Both the position numbers and the translations under genes were made by a program. A DNA stretch of 42,147 nt from Nitrospirae bacterium RBG_16_64_22 (lineage in GTDB: Bacteria; Nitrospirota; RBG-16-64-22), in contig MHEK01000059.1 in assembly GCA_001803795.1 (NCBI GenBank), positions 1 through 42,147 on the forward strand, read 5' to 3'. A model generated the notes under the pieces. The model was not told the origin of the DNA. It made no database searches and was given only the letters and a program-made list of their open reading frames with translations. Below are positions 1 to 8,515 of the stretch, in pieces. Position 1 is the first letter of the stretch; the number at the start of each line of letters is the position of its first letter.

Positions 1-1
1 C

Positions 2-283
2 ACGAATCTCCCTTATGATGGTGACTACGGCATACGCGCGAGCATTAAAGGAGCGGCGCGCGAGGGCCAGTGGAAGGTGAAGGGCGCGCAATTTGAGGAA
101 AAGACCGTGGGCAACGCGATGTGTACCATGTCTGGTAGGCCCAATGTGCCCGTACATACAGTGTGCAGCATCCCCCGCGGTAAAGGATACGTTCAGGTGG
201 ATATGCAAGCTCGTACGCTGAAGGAGTTGGCATCGATGGATGCGGTGGGCGCGCTGGTGCAAAAGGCGTACACCCGCTGGTGA
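2..283 (+). CDS. C-terminal part of a hypothetical protein entering from the left window edge (partial)
   Basis: Frame 2 is stop-free from nt 2 to TGA 281-283 (TNLPYDGDYGIRASIKGAARGQWKVKGAQFEEK...VQKAYTRW*). The ORF track only shows the GTG-initiated tail from 77. No family recognised. Confidence 0.35.
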   Translation, partial: TNLPYDGDYGIRASIKGAAREGQWKVKGAQFEEKTVGNAMCTMSGRPNVPVHTVCSIPRGKGYVQVDMQARTLKELASMDAVGALVQKAYTRW

Positions 284-452
284 CATCTGCCGGGCGGTTG
301 GTGTCTGATCTCCACTTCGCAGACACGGCCCCCTGTTGCTGTGCTGCCGCCCCGGTCCTTCTCCGACCTCCTTCATCCGCGGCGGCGCGGTCCACGACCC
401 CGGGGGGCTTACGCGAAAAGGGGCCGAGCGCGGCTGCGCCGCATTCCACGCG

Positions 453-974
453 TCAGGGCATCGTTTGTTTGGACGAGAACTTGCCGGTCTTGCCGTCGAG
501 CAGGACGCTGACGTCGCCCTTCTCCCAGCCGCCGACCACGCTCCAGGCGGTGCCGGGGCTCTTCGTGGCCTGGCCCATCATCATGAGCGACATCGCCGCA
601 TTGCCCTTGACCTTGAGACCGTTCTTCTTCGCCTCGGCCATCGCCTTGTCGCTGTCCGCGAACTCCTGGCCGACCGCATCCTTGATGTGCGGGTTGACCT
701 CGAGCGTCTCGACGACCTTTCCGCCCTTTACGTCAACGGAGTAACCCATCTTTGCCTTGGCCGAGTGGTACATGTACCCCCATTTCGGCGCCGTGCCGCC
801 TGCATCGGCCTGAAGCGTCGAGACGTTCACCAGCACAGCGTCCTTCTGCCACTTCTGCGCCGTCGCGTTGGCTGTCGCGAGTCCGGCCCTGGCTGTCTGG
901 CCCGCCGCCTGAGCAGACAGGGGCAAAAAGGTGAAAGCGGCGAGCAACAGGACGATGAGCATTCTTTGGATCAT
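453..974 (-). CDS. exported hypothetical protein (Sec signal peptide)
   Basis: 173-aa ORF. N-terminus MIQRMLIVLLLAAFTFLPLSAQA/AGQ is a classical signal peptide. AAAGGAGG lies 5 nt upstream of the ATG. Composition is normal (Lys/Gly/Ala-rich, not Arg/Pro-biased). Confidence 0.6.
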   Translation of the reverse strand: MIQRMLIVLLLAAFTFLPLSAQAAGQTARAGLATANATAQKWQKDAVLVNVSTLQADAGGTAPKWGYMYHSAKAKMGYSVDVKGGKVVETLEVNPHIKDAVGQEFADSDKAMAEAKKNGLKVKGNAAMSLMMMGQATKSPGTAWSVVGGWEKGDVSVLLDGKTGKFSSKQTMP

Positions 975-1095
975 GAAATCCTCCTTTCAGGGTGATTCCC
1001 GCAGTTTGTGGGCTCTGGAGTTCACTTCATGGGCGCGGCCTTGAGCGGCCCCTGCTCCCTCGGGGCCGGCTCGACCAGCAACGCTCGAAGGCGGA

Positions 1096-1413
1096 TCAGA
1101 AGGGTCTGAGCGGCCTCGGATAGGACGGCCTCAGGCACTCGATCGTCTCCAGGGGAATGCGATAGTAGGCGGCCCAGTAGGCTCCGGTCTTGCGCGAGAG
1201 CCCCCGCGAGCTTCGGATGACGGCGATGATATCCTCGGAAGAATAGGCCTCCTTCATCCACACGACATCCGGCGGCGTGCCGTAGTCCGCGATCCGGCGG
1301 ATGATGGACGCGCGATGCCGAACCGGGTCCACGCCTTCGGGATCGACGTCCCAGAAAAGCCTCTTCACCGATGCGGGAATGACGATCGCCGGTCCAGAGA
1401 ACATGGACAACAT
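1096..1413 (-). CDS. small conserved protein, DUF6922-like (type usually found beside AbiEii-type nucleotidyltransferases)
   Basis: Internal ATG of the 258-aa ORF gives 105 aa: MLSMFSGPAIVIPASVKRLFWDVDPEGVDPVRHRASIIRRIADYGTPPDVVWMKEAY...SRGLSRKTGAYWAAYY. The LFWDVDP...D..H...II.R....G pattern matches that family from memory. The part of the ORF upstream of this ATG is Arg/Pro/Ser junk overlapping galT. Confidence 0.55.
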   Translation of the reverse strand: MLSMFSGPAIVIPASVKRLFWDVDPEGVDPVRHRASIIRRIADYGTPPDVVWMKEAYSSEDIIAVIRSSRGLSRKTGAYWAAYYRIPLETIECLRPSYPRPLRPF

Positions 1414-1507
1414 TATACCGAAGAACGAATCGGCGTCACAGTCCCCCAAACGGGCACCAAACGGCGCCCGGCGGCTTCGCCGGAACCGCCCCTCCCGACG
1501 GCGGGCA

Positions 1508-2512
1508 TCAGGCCTTCCCAGACGCCGAGTCCCGGACCCCCCGCAGGAACGCGGCGCTTTCTTCCGGGAGGGCCGTGTTGATGTACATCCCCGAACCCAG
1601 CTCGAACCCGGCGGCTTTCGCCACGCGGGGGACGATGGCGATGTACCAGTGGAAGTAGTCGACCTCGGCCTCATCCGGCCCCAGGGACCTGAGAACGAGA
1701 TTGTAGGGCGGATCGCCGAGGCCCAGGTAGAGCGTTCGAAGGATCTTGCCGAGGACCCGGCCAAGGTCGGCGAGGGCCTCGTCGGTGATGCTCCCGAAAC
1801 TGGCATGATGGTCCTTGGGGAAGATCCACATGTGGAAGGGAGAGAGAGCGGCGTAAGGGACGAAGGCGACAAACCGTTCGTTCTCGGCGACGATCCGCGT
1901 CCCGTCGCCCCGCTCGTCGGCGATGATCCGGCACATGAGGCACTCCCCCGAGCTGTCCAAATAGTGGATGTACTCCACCAGGCGGTCGCGGACCTGCAGG
2001 GGAACGACGGGCGTGCCGACGATCTGGGCGTGCGAGTGGGCGAGGGACGTTCCGGCCTCTTCGCCGTGGTTCTTGAAGAGAATGACGTGGCGGACGCGCG
2101 GATCGGCGTAGAGAGCGAGGAATCGGTGGCGGTACGCCGACAGGATCGGCCCGAACTCCGCCTCGGACAGGAACGCGAGATGCCCGTCGTGGCGCGGCGT
2201 TTCGACGATCACTTCGTGCCTTCCGACTCCCTCGACCGTCCTCTTGAGCCCCGTGACGAGCCGCCGAGGTTCCCCTTGTTGAGAGAGGGCCGAGAACTTG
2301 TTCGGGAAGGCGCGCACGCGCCAGGGGGTCCCGTCCCGGTATGTCTCGTCTGGCGTCCGGGCCTCCTGCCCCGGGCAGAAGGGGCACTCGTGGGACACGG
2401 GGACGCCGGCGTGATGGGACCGCTCCCGCCTGAACTCGTCCGGACGGTGCGCCCGTTCCGTGGCGATGATGACCCATTCCCGCGTGATCAAGTTGAGTCG
2501 GAGCTCGGGCAT
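1508..2512 (-). CDS. galT: galactose-1-phosphate uridylyltransferase (HIT superfamily, GalT type)
   Basis: 334 aa. Has the CPFCPG zinc motif, the HSHAQI (HxHxQ) active-site motif and the N-terminal LITREWVIIA pattern. Confidence 0.85.
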   Translation of the reverse strand: MPELRLNLITREWVIIATERAHRPDEFRRERSHHAGVPVSHECPFCPGQEARTPDETYRDGTPWRVRAFPNKFSALSQQGEPRRLVTGLKRTVEGVGRHEVIVETPRHDGHLAFLSEAEFGPILSAYRHRFLALYADPRVRHVILFKNHGEEAGTSLAHSHAQIVGTPVVPLQVRDRLVEYIHYLDSSGECLMCRIIADERGDGTRIVAENERFVAFVPYAALSPFHMWIFPKDHHASFGSITDEALADLGRVLGKILRTLYLGLGDPPYNLVLRSLGPDEAEVDYFHWYIAIVPRVAKAAGFELGSGMYINTALPEESAAFLRGVRDSASGKA

Positions 2513-2553
2513 GGCCTCACCTCTTCTTCAGTTTGCGGTTCTCAATCTTCGAC

Positions 2554-2595
2554 TTCCAAATTTCCAATTTCCAATTTCCAATTTCCAATCTACAA
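2554..2595. repeat. heptad tandem array (TTTCCAA)n, 4 perfect + 2 degenerate units
   Basis: ttccaaa tttccaa tttccaa tttccaa tttccaa tctacaa, in the divergent galT / DUF4124 promoter region. Confidence 0.9.
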
Positions 2596-2629
2596 TACAT
2601 CTGCACTCTGGCGGACAGGGAGGGAAGCC

Positions 2630-3727
2630 GTGATCGATCCATTCTCTTCGAGTTGGGGTCGGCGCTCCAAGCCGGCCATCATTCTAGCCTTTTCCCTTCT
2701 CTTTGTCGCCCTCCACCTCTTCCCCGCGTCCTCCCCCGCCGCCGAAGGCCCCGTCTACCAGTACCACGACGACGAGGGGAACGTCCACTTCACCGACGAC
2801 CCGACGAAGATCCCATTCCCGGAGAAAGCGCCCTCCGACGACAGCGACAGGGCGGACCGCAAGGCGTATCTCCGGTCCCTCCGCGCCTGGCTTCACAACA
2901 CGGGAGCGACGGGCGAAGACATCCTCCTCGTTCTCATCGGCGACCACGTCCTCGGGCAGATCCGGACGGACGAATCGGTCCCCGTGAAGACGGCCTTCCT
3001 CCAATCGATCGGATCGCTCCGAAACGACGTGAGAACGCATCTCGGCGTCCCCGGCGCCCTCGCCGAGCCGGGCCTCGACCAGTGGATCGACCGGGCCTCC
3101 CGGCCCGAGGGCCTCGACCCAGAAGAGGTCGATCTTCTCCGGTCCGTGCCGACGGCCAGAATCGCCCGGTCTTACGAAATTGCCCTCGCCTCTTGGACGC
3201 GCCGCGGACGCTTCGCGGAGGACTGGCGCCAATGGCGCGCGCGCCACTTCTCCTACGAGGCCGGTACGCCGACGGCCGGAGAAGACCCCAACACCATCCG
3301 GCTGGGCGTTCTGTCCAGGCTCCTTCAGGCACACGAAGCCGCGAGAGCCCTCTGGGGGCTTCGCGGCGGTTCCCGCGCCTCCGCGGTCAAGCCGCCGCGG
3401 ATACCGGCGGCTCAGGAAGCCCCCATCCTGGCCGAGGGCCGGGCGCTTCTCCGCGAGCTTGTCCGGCTCGCCGCGGAAGAAAAAGTCCCCGCGGCGGCGA
3501 ACGCGGCCCGGCACGCCTCCCTGGCGGGACCATCGCTTCAGATCGAACAGTTCTTCGGCGGCCGGGTCGTCGGTCCGACGGAATGGGCATCGAAACTTGC
3601 CTCCGCCCTCCGGGCGAACGACTACGGCCGGTTTGCGGCTCTCCTGAAGAGTCCGCCGCCCGTAAAGAACAAGCCTTCGGAAATACCCCAGGAGGAGCCC
3701 CCGAAGAGAAGGAAGAAGAAACCTTGA
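2630..3727 (+). CDS. DUF4124 domain-containing membrane-anchored protein
   Basis: GTG at 2630 is preceded by AGGGAGGGA. N-terminal hydrophobic segment AIILAFSLLFVALHLF, then VYQYHDDEGNVHFTDDP (DUF4124 signature), basic tail KRRKKKP. The first two thirds of the 808-aa track ORF is antisense to galT and is discarded. Confidence 0.65.
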   Translation: MIDPFSSSWGRRSKPAIILAFSLLFVALHLFPASSPAAEGPVYQYHDDEGNVHFTDDPTKIPFPEKAPSDDSDRADRKAYLRSLRAWLHNTGATGEDILLVLIGDHVLGQIRTDESVPVKTAFLQSIGSLRNDVRTHLGVPGALAEPGLDQWIDRASRPEGLDPEEVDLLRSVPTARIARSYEIALASWTRRGRFAEDWRQWRARHFSYEAGTPTAGEDPNTIRLGVLSRLLQAHEAARALWGLRGGSRASAVKPPRIPAAQEAPILAEGRALLRELVRLAAEEKVPAAANAARHASLAGPSLQIEQFFGGRVVGPTEWASKLASALRANDYGRFAALLKSPPPVKNKPSEIPQEEPPKRRKKKP

Positions 3728-3760
3728 AAATTGGAAATTGTAAATTGGAAATTGTAAAGC
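3726..3760. repeat. heptad tandem array (GRAAATT)n, complementary sense to the 2554 array
   Basis: gaaaatt ggaaatt gtaaatt ggaaatt gtaaagc. It starts inside the TGA of the DUF4124 gene. The 14-nt unit ggaaattgtaaatt occurs twice. Confidence 0.9.
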
Positions 3761-3811
3761 GAAAGAACAGAGAAGAAGTTCCCCGCTTTGCGATTTACGC
3801 TTTTTGGCCAT

Positions 3812-3848
3812 CCTTTCACTTTGACATTTTCCAATTTCCAATCGCTCT
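3812..3848. repeat. degenerate heptad array ending in TTTCCAA x2
   Basis: cctttca ctttgac at tttccaa tttccaa tcgctct. Its reverse complement attggaaattg matches 3730-3740, giving an ~11-nt inverted repeat. Confidence 0.75.
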
Positions 3849-3940
3849 TGTGACCTACGCCGACCTCTTTCCTTTCCTGATTCCGACGATCCGCGTATTC
3901 CGCAAACCTTGGGGAAAGATCCGAGACAACTCTCGCCCGG

Positions 3941-3982
3941 TTGACACGAAACGAGGAAGTGTATATTTTATAGTGTATATTT
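3941..3982 (+). promoter_or_regulatory. candidate sigma70 promoter plus direct-repeat operator of the phd/vapC operon
   Basis: TTGACA 3941-3946 and an A/T-rich -10 region (tatatttt, 3962-3969). The 11-nt direct repeat AGTGTATATTT sits at 3958-3968 and 3972-3982, 19 nt before the ATG. Confidence 0.45.
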
Positions 3983-4000
3983 AACTGGGGACATCGTCTG

Positions 4001-4237
4001 ATGAGAGCAACAGCCAAGGAACTTCGAACCAGGGGCAGACAACTGATCGACGCGGTGGGCCGCGGAGAGGAGATAACGATCACCCACCGTGGAAAACCGC
4101 GCGCCAAGCTCATCCCCTTGCCTCGACGCCAGCCTCGCCGTTTGGCCGAGAGCCCTGCCTTCGGCCTCTGGAAGGACCATCCAAACGTACGCGACGTGGG
4201 TGCCTTCGTTGACAGGCTTCGCAGGAGCCGCCATTGA
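4001..4237 (+). CDS. type II antitoxin, Phd/YefM family
   Basis: 78 aa, MRATAKELRTRGRQLIDAVGRGEEITITHRGKPRAKLIPL. The stop overlaps the toxin start (TTGA). Confidence 0.8.
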   Translation: MRATAKELRTRGRQLIDAVGRGEEITITHRGKPRAKLIPLPRRQPRRLAESPAFGLWKDHPNVRDVGAFVDRLRRSRH

Positions 4238-4617
4238 CCCTGGTGGACACAGACGTCCTTGTCTGGTTCCTTCGCGGGAACCGGAAGGCCGCGGACGCGC
4301 TTGAACGACTGGACGGCTTCGCGATTTCCGCCGTCACGTACATGGAACTGGTCCAGGGGATGCGAAACAAGGAAGAGCTTCGCATCCTGCGGACCGCGAC
4401 CCGGGAGTGGCAGACCGAGACCCTTCCCCTCAACGAAGCGATCTCGAACCGGGCAGTCTTCTACGTGGAACAGCACTTCCACGAAGCGAACCTTCGTCTT
4501 GCCGACGCACTCATCGCCGCCACCGCCGTCGTGAACGGGATGCCCCTGTTCACCGGGAACATCAAGCACTACAAAATGATTTCGGACCTGTCTCTGAAGG
4601 TGTTCCGCGCCGCATGA
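4234..4617 (+). CDS. vapC: type II toxin, PIN-domain ribonuclease VapC
   Basis: 127 aa, TTG start. PIN acidic residues are in LVDTDVLV, YMELV, ADALIAAT and FTGNIKHY. Confidence 0.8.
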   Translation: MTLVDTDVLVWFLRGNRKAADALERLDGFAISAVTYMELVQGMRNKEELRILRTATREWQTETLPLNEAISNRAVFYVEQHFHEANLRLADALIAATAVVNGMPLFTGNIKHYKMISDLSLKVFRAA

Positions 4618-4711
4618 CACTCCGTTCTCGCACCCCCTTGGACACGCCGTATCTCCACCGGAGTCTTGACGCTTGCAAGAAATCGGCGCAAGTCCCGCGC
4701 CCCGAATCGAA

Positions 4712-4740
4712 TTGACACAGTGCCTTAGGCGCTGTAAGGT
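4712..4740 (+). promoter_or_regulatory. candidate sigma70 promoter upstream of mobA
   Basis: TTGACA 4712-4717, 17-nt spacer, TAAGGT 4735-4740. Confidence 0.3.
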
Positions 4741-4757
4741 ATGGACTTGAAATATCA

Positions 4758-5414
4758 ATGAATCCGCCCCTCGACAATTCAATCGGTCGAGCGGAGATGG
4801 GGCACCCATTTCCGTCCCTTAAGCTCTCGGGCGCGATCCTCGCCGGAGGCGAGAACCGGCGCATGCCCGTGCTCAAGCCCTTTCTCGACGTGGGCGGAGA
4901 GTGCATCCTCGACCGGACGATCGCCGTCCTCGGAAATCTGGTCGACGACCTCTTCATCGTCACGCGGACGCCGTCCCTATTCGCCGACTTCGGCGTGCGG
5001 TGCGTTCCGGATTCGCGGGAAGATCGGGGACCGCTGACGGGGATCGAAGCGGCCCTTGAGGCCGCCGTCCACCCTCGCGTGCTCGTCGCGGCCTGCGACA
5101 TGCCGGACCTCTCGGTCCACGCGGCCCGCCGCGTGGCCGGGTCCGCGGACAATGACGCGTGGGCCGTCATCCCTCGCGTGAACGGCCGGCTGGAACCGTT
5201 GTTCGCTTTGTACGACCGCCGCCTTCTCCCCCGGATCGGCGCGCTCCTGACGGAGGGGCGGCGCGCCGTTCACCCGCTGGCCGAGGACGCGCACGTCCGT
5301 GTCCTGGAGGTGAGCGCAATCGGGACGGACGGCAAAGATCCGTTTCGAAATATCAACACGCCCTCCGATCTTGTCGGAGGCCCCGTTCCGGTCCGCGGAA
5401 CGCCAGGGAGGTAG
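4758..5414 (+). CDS. mobA: molybdenum cofactor guanylyltransferase MobA
   Basis: [39 protein letters not shown] and NINTPSDL motifs. The start is uncertain (ATG 4758 or ATG 4797, MGHPF...). Confidence 0.75.
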   Translation: MNPPLDNSIGRAEMGHPFPSLKLSGAILAGGENRRMPVLKPFLDVGGECILDRTIAVLGNLVDDLFIVTRTPSLFADFGVRCVPDSREDRGPLTGIEAALEAAVHPRVLVAACDMPDLSVHAARRVAGSADNDAWAVIPRVNGRLEPLFALYDRRLLPRIGALLTEGRRAVHPLAEDAHVRVLEVSAIGTDGKDPFRNINTPSDLVGGPVPVRGTPGR

Positions 5415-5419
5415 CTCAC

Positions 5420-5614
5420 ATGTTCGGTCTCGGAATGCCGGAACTCCTGATCATTCTCTTGATCGTCGTCATCATCTTCGGCGCTTCGAGGCTCCCCCAG
5501 CTCGGAGAGGGCCTCGGAAAAGCGATCAAGAACTTCAAGAAAGGCGTGTCGTCGGACAAAGATGACAAGAGCGGCGGGGCGGAGACCCCTTCTTCCGACC
5601 GCCCCCAAAAATAG
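5420..5614 (+). CDS. tatA: twin-arginine translocase subunit TatA/E
   Basis: 64 aa from an internal ATG: [48 protein letters not shown] lies upstream. Confidence 0.85.
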   Translation: MFGLGMPELLIILLIVVIIFGASRLPQLGEGLGKAIKNFKKGVSSDKDDKSGGAETPSSDRPQK

Positions 5615-5697
5615 CCGGAGCGCGGCCCATGGAAGGGTTTCAAACGAACGCCCCCCCGAAGGCGCCGCTCCAGAAAACCCGGTTGCAACCCCGCTGA

Positions 5698-8097
5698 ATG
5701 GAACGCTCGGACCCCCAATCGCTCGAGAAGAAAATCCGCCTGCTTGAAGGCCAGCTCAAGCGCCGCAAGAGCAAGATCGACTCTATTCAGGACGAGGTCG
5801 ACAACCTCCGGTCTGAGGTGGACCACCACAAGAAGAACCTCAAGCGGGCCACCCAGCAGATTTCCCTTTTCTCGCGCGTCGGGAGCGCGGCCGTCCGCGA
5901 CGACGCCGACGACGTCTTCCACCTCGTTCTATCACTCACCCTCTCCGTCCTTAAGGCCAAACAGGGATCGATCCTCCTGGTCGAGCGCGACAACGCCGAA
6001 CTCTTCATTAAGGAAGCCATCGGCCTCGACGAGGAGGTCGTCCGCACCTTTCGGACGAAACTCGGCCAGGGAATCTCCGGGTGGGTCGCCAAACAGCGCA
6101 CGCCCCTCCTGATCCCCGACATCGAGAAGGACCCGCGCTTCCGGAAGATTAGCGACCCCAAGTACGAGACCCGCTCCCTTCTGTGCGCCCCGCTGGTCAA
6201 GAAGAACCGCGTCCTGGGCGTTATCAATATCAATAACAAGGTCGATGGATCGTCGTTCTCCCGCGAAGAACTGGCCCTTCTGACCGCCCTCGCCGACCAG
6301 ATGGCCATCCTCGTCGAGAACGCCCTCCTCCTGCGGGAGTCGGCCGAAAAGACCGCCGAACTGCGGGATGCGAACGCGAAGCTCACCCAGGCCAACCGCG
6401 AGAAAAAGGAGTTCCTCGCCCGCGTCTCCCACGAGCTGAGGACTCCCCTGAACGCGATCAAGGGAGCCGTCCACTACCTCACGAACGCCTCCGAGAGCGT
6501 CCCGCCCGACCGGCTCCAGGAGTTCCTGGGGATCATCGATCTTGACAGCGGCCGCCTGAGCCAGATGATCTCCGACCTCCTGGACTACGCCCGCCTGGAA
6601 GACGAGGAGATCGTTCTCAGCAAGACGCCCCTTCTCCTGGGCAAGATCGTCGAGGAGGCCCTGCTCGACGTCCGCGGTCAGGCCCACGCGAAGGAGATAC
6701 AGCTCAAAACGCGGATCCCGTCCCGCGCGGGAAAGGTCCCGGCGGATCACGACCGCATCCTGCGCCTCCTCGCGGACCTTCTGTCGAACCTGATCCACTA
6801 TGCAAGGCCGCGATCGACCATCCACGCATCCCTGATGGAGAACAGGCCGACCCAGGTTATCCAGATCGCATGCGACGGATGCGAAATCCCCGAGGATGAC
6901 ATCGGACACATCTTCGACCCGCCGGGGCGGGAGGCGGATTCCCGGGCCGGCGCGACGCTCCGAACGGGTCTCGGACTGTACATCTCCCGCCGCATCCTCG
7001 AACTCCACGGGGGGCGGCTCGAGCTGGACATGAAGCCGGGAGGGGACGTTCGCTTCCTCCTCACGTTCGACATGACTGCGGACCGGGTCGTGACTCGCCT
7101 CTCCACCAAAGCCTTCGACCTCCTCAACGACCTCATCAGCGAGATCATGGACGTGCGCATCTCTTCCATCATGATGATCGATGAGGCCAGCGCCGAGTTG
7201 TCCATCCGCACGGCCCGAGGCCTCGACGACGAAACGATCCGCCGAACGCGTCTCCGGCTCGGCGACAATATCGCCGGATGGGTTGCGCTGGAAGGCCGTC
7301 CCCTCCTCATCGAGGACATCGAGAAGGACCTCGTCCTCAAGCGGACGAGCATCGCCCAGTACGAGACGCGGTCCCTCCTGTCCGTTCCCATCCGGGCCGG
7401 TGACCGGGTGCTCGGCGTCCTCAACGTCAACAACAAGGAGGACGGATCGGTTTTCAACAGGGTCGACCTGGAACGGGCCAGCGTCCTGGCCGAACGGGTC
7501 GCCCGCCTCGCTGAGACCCTCTCCGGCGATCCGGACCCGGAGTACGTCTCGGCCGCGGCGGAGGGACTCACCCAGATCCTGGACGCCTACCGCCGGTACA
7601 AGACCGGACACCGCCGGGACATGCTCCCGCACCTTCTACCCCTTCTTGACACGCTCGACCTCGCGGAAGACCTCCGGCGCGAGATCGTCTTCGCCTCCCT
7701 GTTCCACGACATGGGCCTGGTCAAGTTCCCCCAGCAGGTCCTGACGAAACCGGGGGCGTTCACGGCCTCCGAGTGGGAAATGATGCAGACCCACCCCGAC
7801 ACGACATCCAACATCCTGGGATCCCTTCTTGCGACCGAGACGGGCCGGGCGATCATCCGGCATCACCACGAATCGTTCGATGGGACCGGTTATCCGGACA
7901 GCCTCCGCGGAGAACAAATCCCGATCGGCGCCCGGATCCTCTCCATCGTCGACGCCTACGCCGCGATGCTGACGTCCCGTCCCTACGCTCCGCTCCGATC
8001 TTCCGACGAAGCCCAAGCCGAGCTCAGGCGGCTGGCCGGAAGCCGCTTCGATCCCCTGCTCGTCGAGCAATTCATCGTCTCCCTCCAGGCCCGTTGA
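5698..8097 (+). CDS. multidomain sensor: coiled coil - GAF - histidine kinase (HisKA + HATPase_c) - GAF - HD-GYP phosphodiesterase domain
   Basis: 799 aa. H-box ARVSHELRTPLNAIKG and G2 box GLGLYISRRILELHGG. Two paralogous GAF modules (GWVAKQRTPLLIPDIEKD...YETRSLLCAPL and GWVALEGRPLLIEDIEKD...YETRSLLSVPI). C-terminal LFHDMG ... HHHESFDGTGYPD (HD-GYP signature). Confidence 0.85.
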   Translation: MERSDPQSLEKKIRLLEGQLKRRKSKIDSIQDEVDNLRSEVDHHKKNLKRATQQISLFSRVGSAAVRDDADDVFHLVLSLTLSVLKAKQGSILLVERDNAELFIKEAIGLDEEVVRTFRTKLGQGISGWVAKQRTPLLIPDIEKDPRFRKISDPKYETRSLLCAPLVKKNRVLGVININNKVDGSSFSREELALLTALADQMAILVENALLLRESAEKTAELRDANAKLTQANREKKEFLARVSHELRTPLNAIKGAVHYLTNASESVPPDRLQEFLGIIDLDSGRLSQMISDLLDYARLEDEEIVLSKTPLLLGKIVEEALLDVRGQAHAKEIQLKTRIPSRAGKVPADHDRILRLLADLLSNLIHYARPRSTIHASLMENRPTQVIQIACDGCEIPEDDIGHIFDPPGREADSRAGATLRTGLGLYISRRILELHGGRLELDMKPGGDVRFLLTFDMTADRVVTRLSTKAFDLLNDLISEIMDVRISSIMMIDEASAELSIRTARGLDDETIRRTRLRLGDNIAGWVALEGRPLLIEDIEKDLVLKRTSIAQYETRSLLSVPIRAGDRVLGVLNVNNKEDGSVFNRVDLERASVLAERVARLAETLSGDPDPEYVSAAAEGLTQILDAYRRYKTGHRRDMLPHLLPLLDTLDLAEDLRREIVFASLFHDMGLVKFPQQVLTKPGAFTASEWEMMQTHPDTTSNILGSLLATETGRAIIRHHHESFDGTGYPDSLRGEQIPIGARILSIVDAYAAMLTSRPYAPLRSSDEAQAELRRLAGSRFDPLLVEQFIVSLQAR

Positions 8098-8212
8098 TGG
8101 GCGGATCATCATTCGCAGGACCGGAAAGTGATTGCCTCGGGGCGCGAAAACCGAATATCATCCCCGGCGAGTTTCGGCCGAGCACCGTGGCGCGCGATTG
8201 TCGGAGGATCAG

Positions 8213-8515
8213 ATGGACTTCTGGAGCTTTTGGGTTGTCTTCGGCCTCGTTGGCCAGGTCTGCTTCTTCATGCGATTCCTGGTTCAGTGGATCGCCTCAG
8301 AACGCCGGAAGGAATCCGTCATCCCCATCCAGTTCTGGTACTTCAGCCTGGGCGGAAGCGTTATTCTCCTCGTCTACGCCATTCACCGGAAGGACCCCGT
8401 CTTCATCCTGGGCCAGTCCGTCGGGTTCTTCATCTACATCCGGAACCTCTGGCTGATCGCGAAGAAAACACCCGAGAACGTGGGGACAGGGCGGACTCCC
8501 GAAGCCCTCCCATGA
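8213..8515 (+). CDS. lipid A biosynthesis N-terminal (LAB_N) domain membrane protein
   Basis: Internal ATG preceded by GGAGGA. MDFWSFWVVFGLVGQVCFFMRFLVQWIASERRKESVIPIQFWYFSLGGSVILLVYAIHRKDPVFILGQ is typical LAB_N. Confidence 0.75.
   Translation: MDFWSFWVVFGLVGQVCFFMRFLVQWIASERRKESVIPIQFWYFSLGGSVILLVYAIHRKDPVFILGQSVGFFIYIRNLWLIAKKTPENVGTGRTPEALP

Noticed and set aside
284-452. Terminator between the partial CDS and the exported-protein gene
   Set aside because: A 7-bp stem is present (GTGTCTG 301-307 / CAGACAC 320-326), but it has a 12-nt loop and no U-tract. That is insufficient to call a terminator.
1301-2629. N-terminal two thirds of the 808-aa plus-strand ORF (1301-3727)
   Set aside because: It is antisense to the well-supported galT and has extreme Arg/Pro/Gly/Asp composition typical of shadow frames in GC-rich DNA. 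Only the part from GTG 2630, which has an SD and the DUF4124 motif, is kept.
4618-4757. Moco riboswitch upstream of mobA
   Set aside because: Only short 4-5 bp hairpins are present (ctcc-acc-ggag, cttgc...gcaag). The conserved Moco-motif junction sequences are not visible, and mobA is not a typical regulated gene.
5932-7632. 566-aa minus-strand ORF, and similar long shadow ORFs (8551-10161, 9687-11480, 15749-17944 region, 18472-19938, 21344-23419, 23938-25357 region, 28138-29838, 33453-34754, 34776-35795)
   Set aside because: All lie opposite or out of frame to genes with clear family signatures. They are Arg/Gly/Pro/Asp-rich, lack SD sequences and are expected by-products of high GC content.
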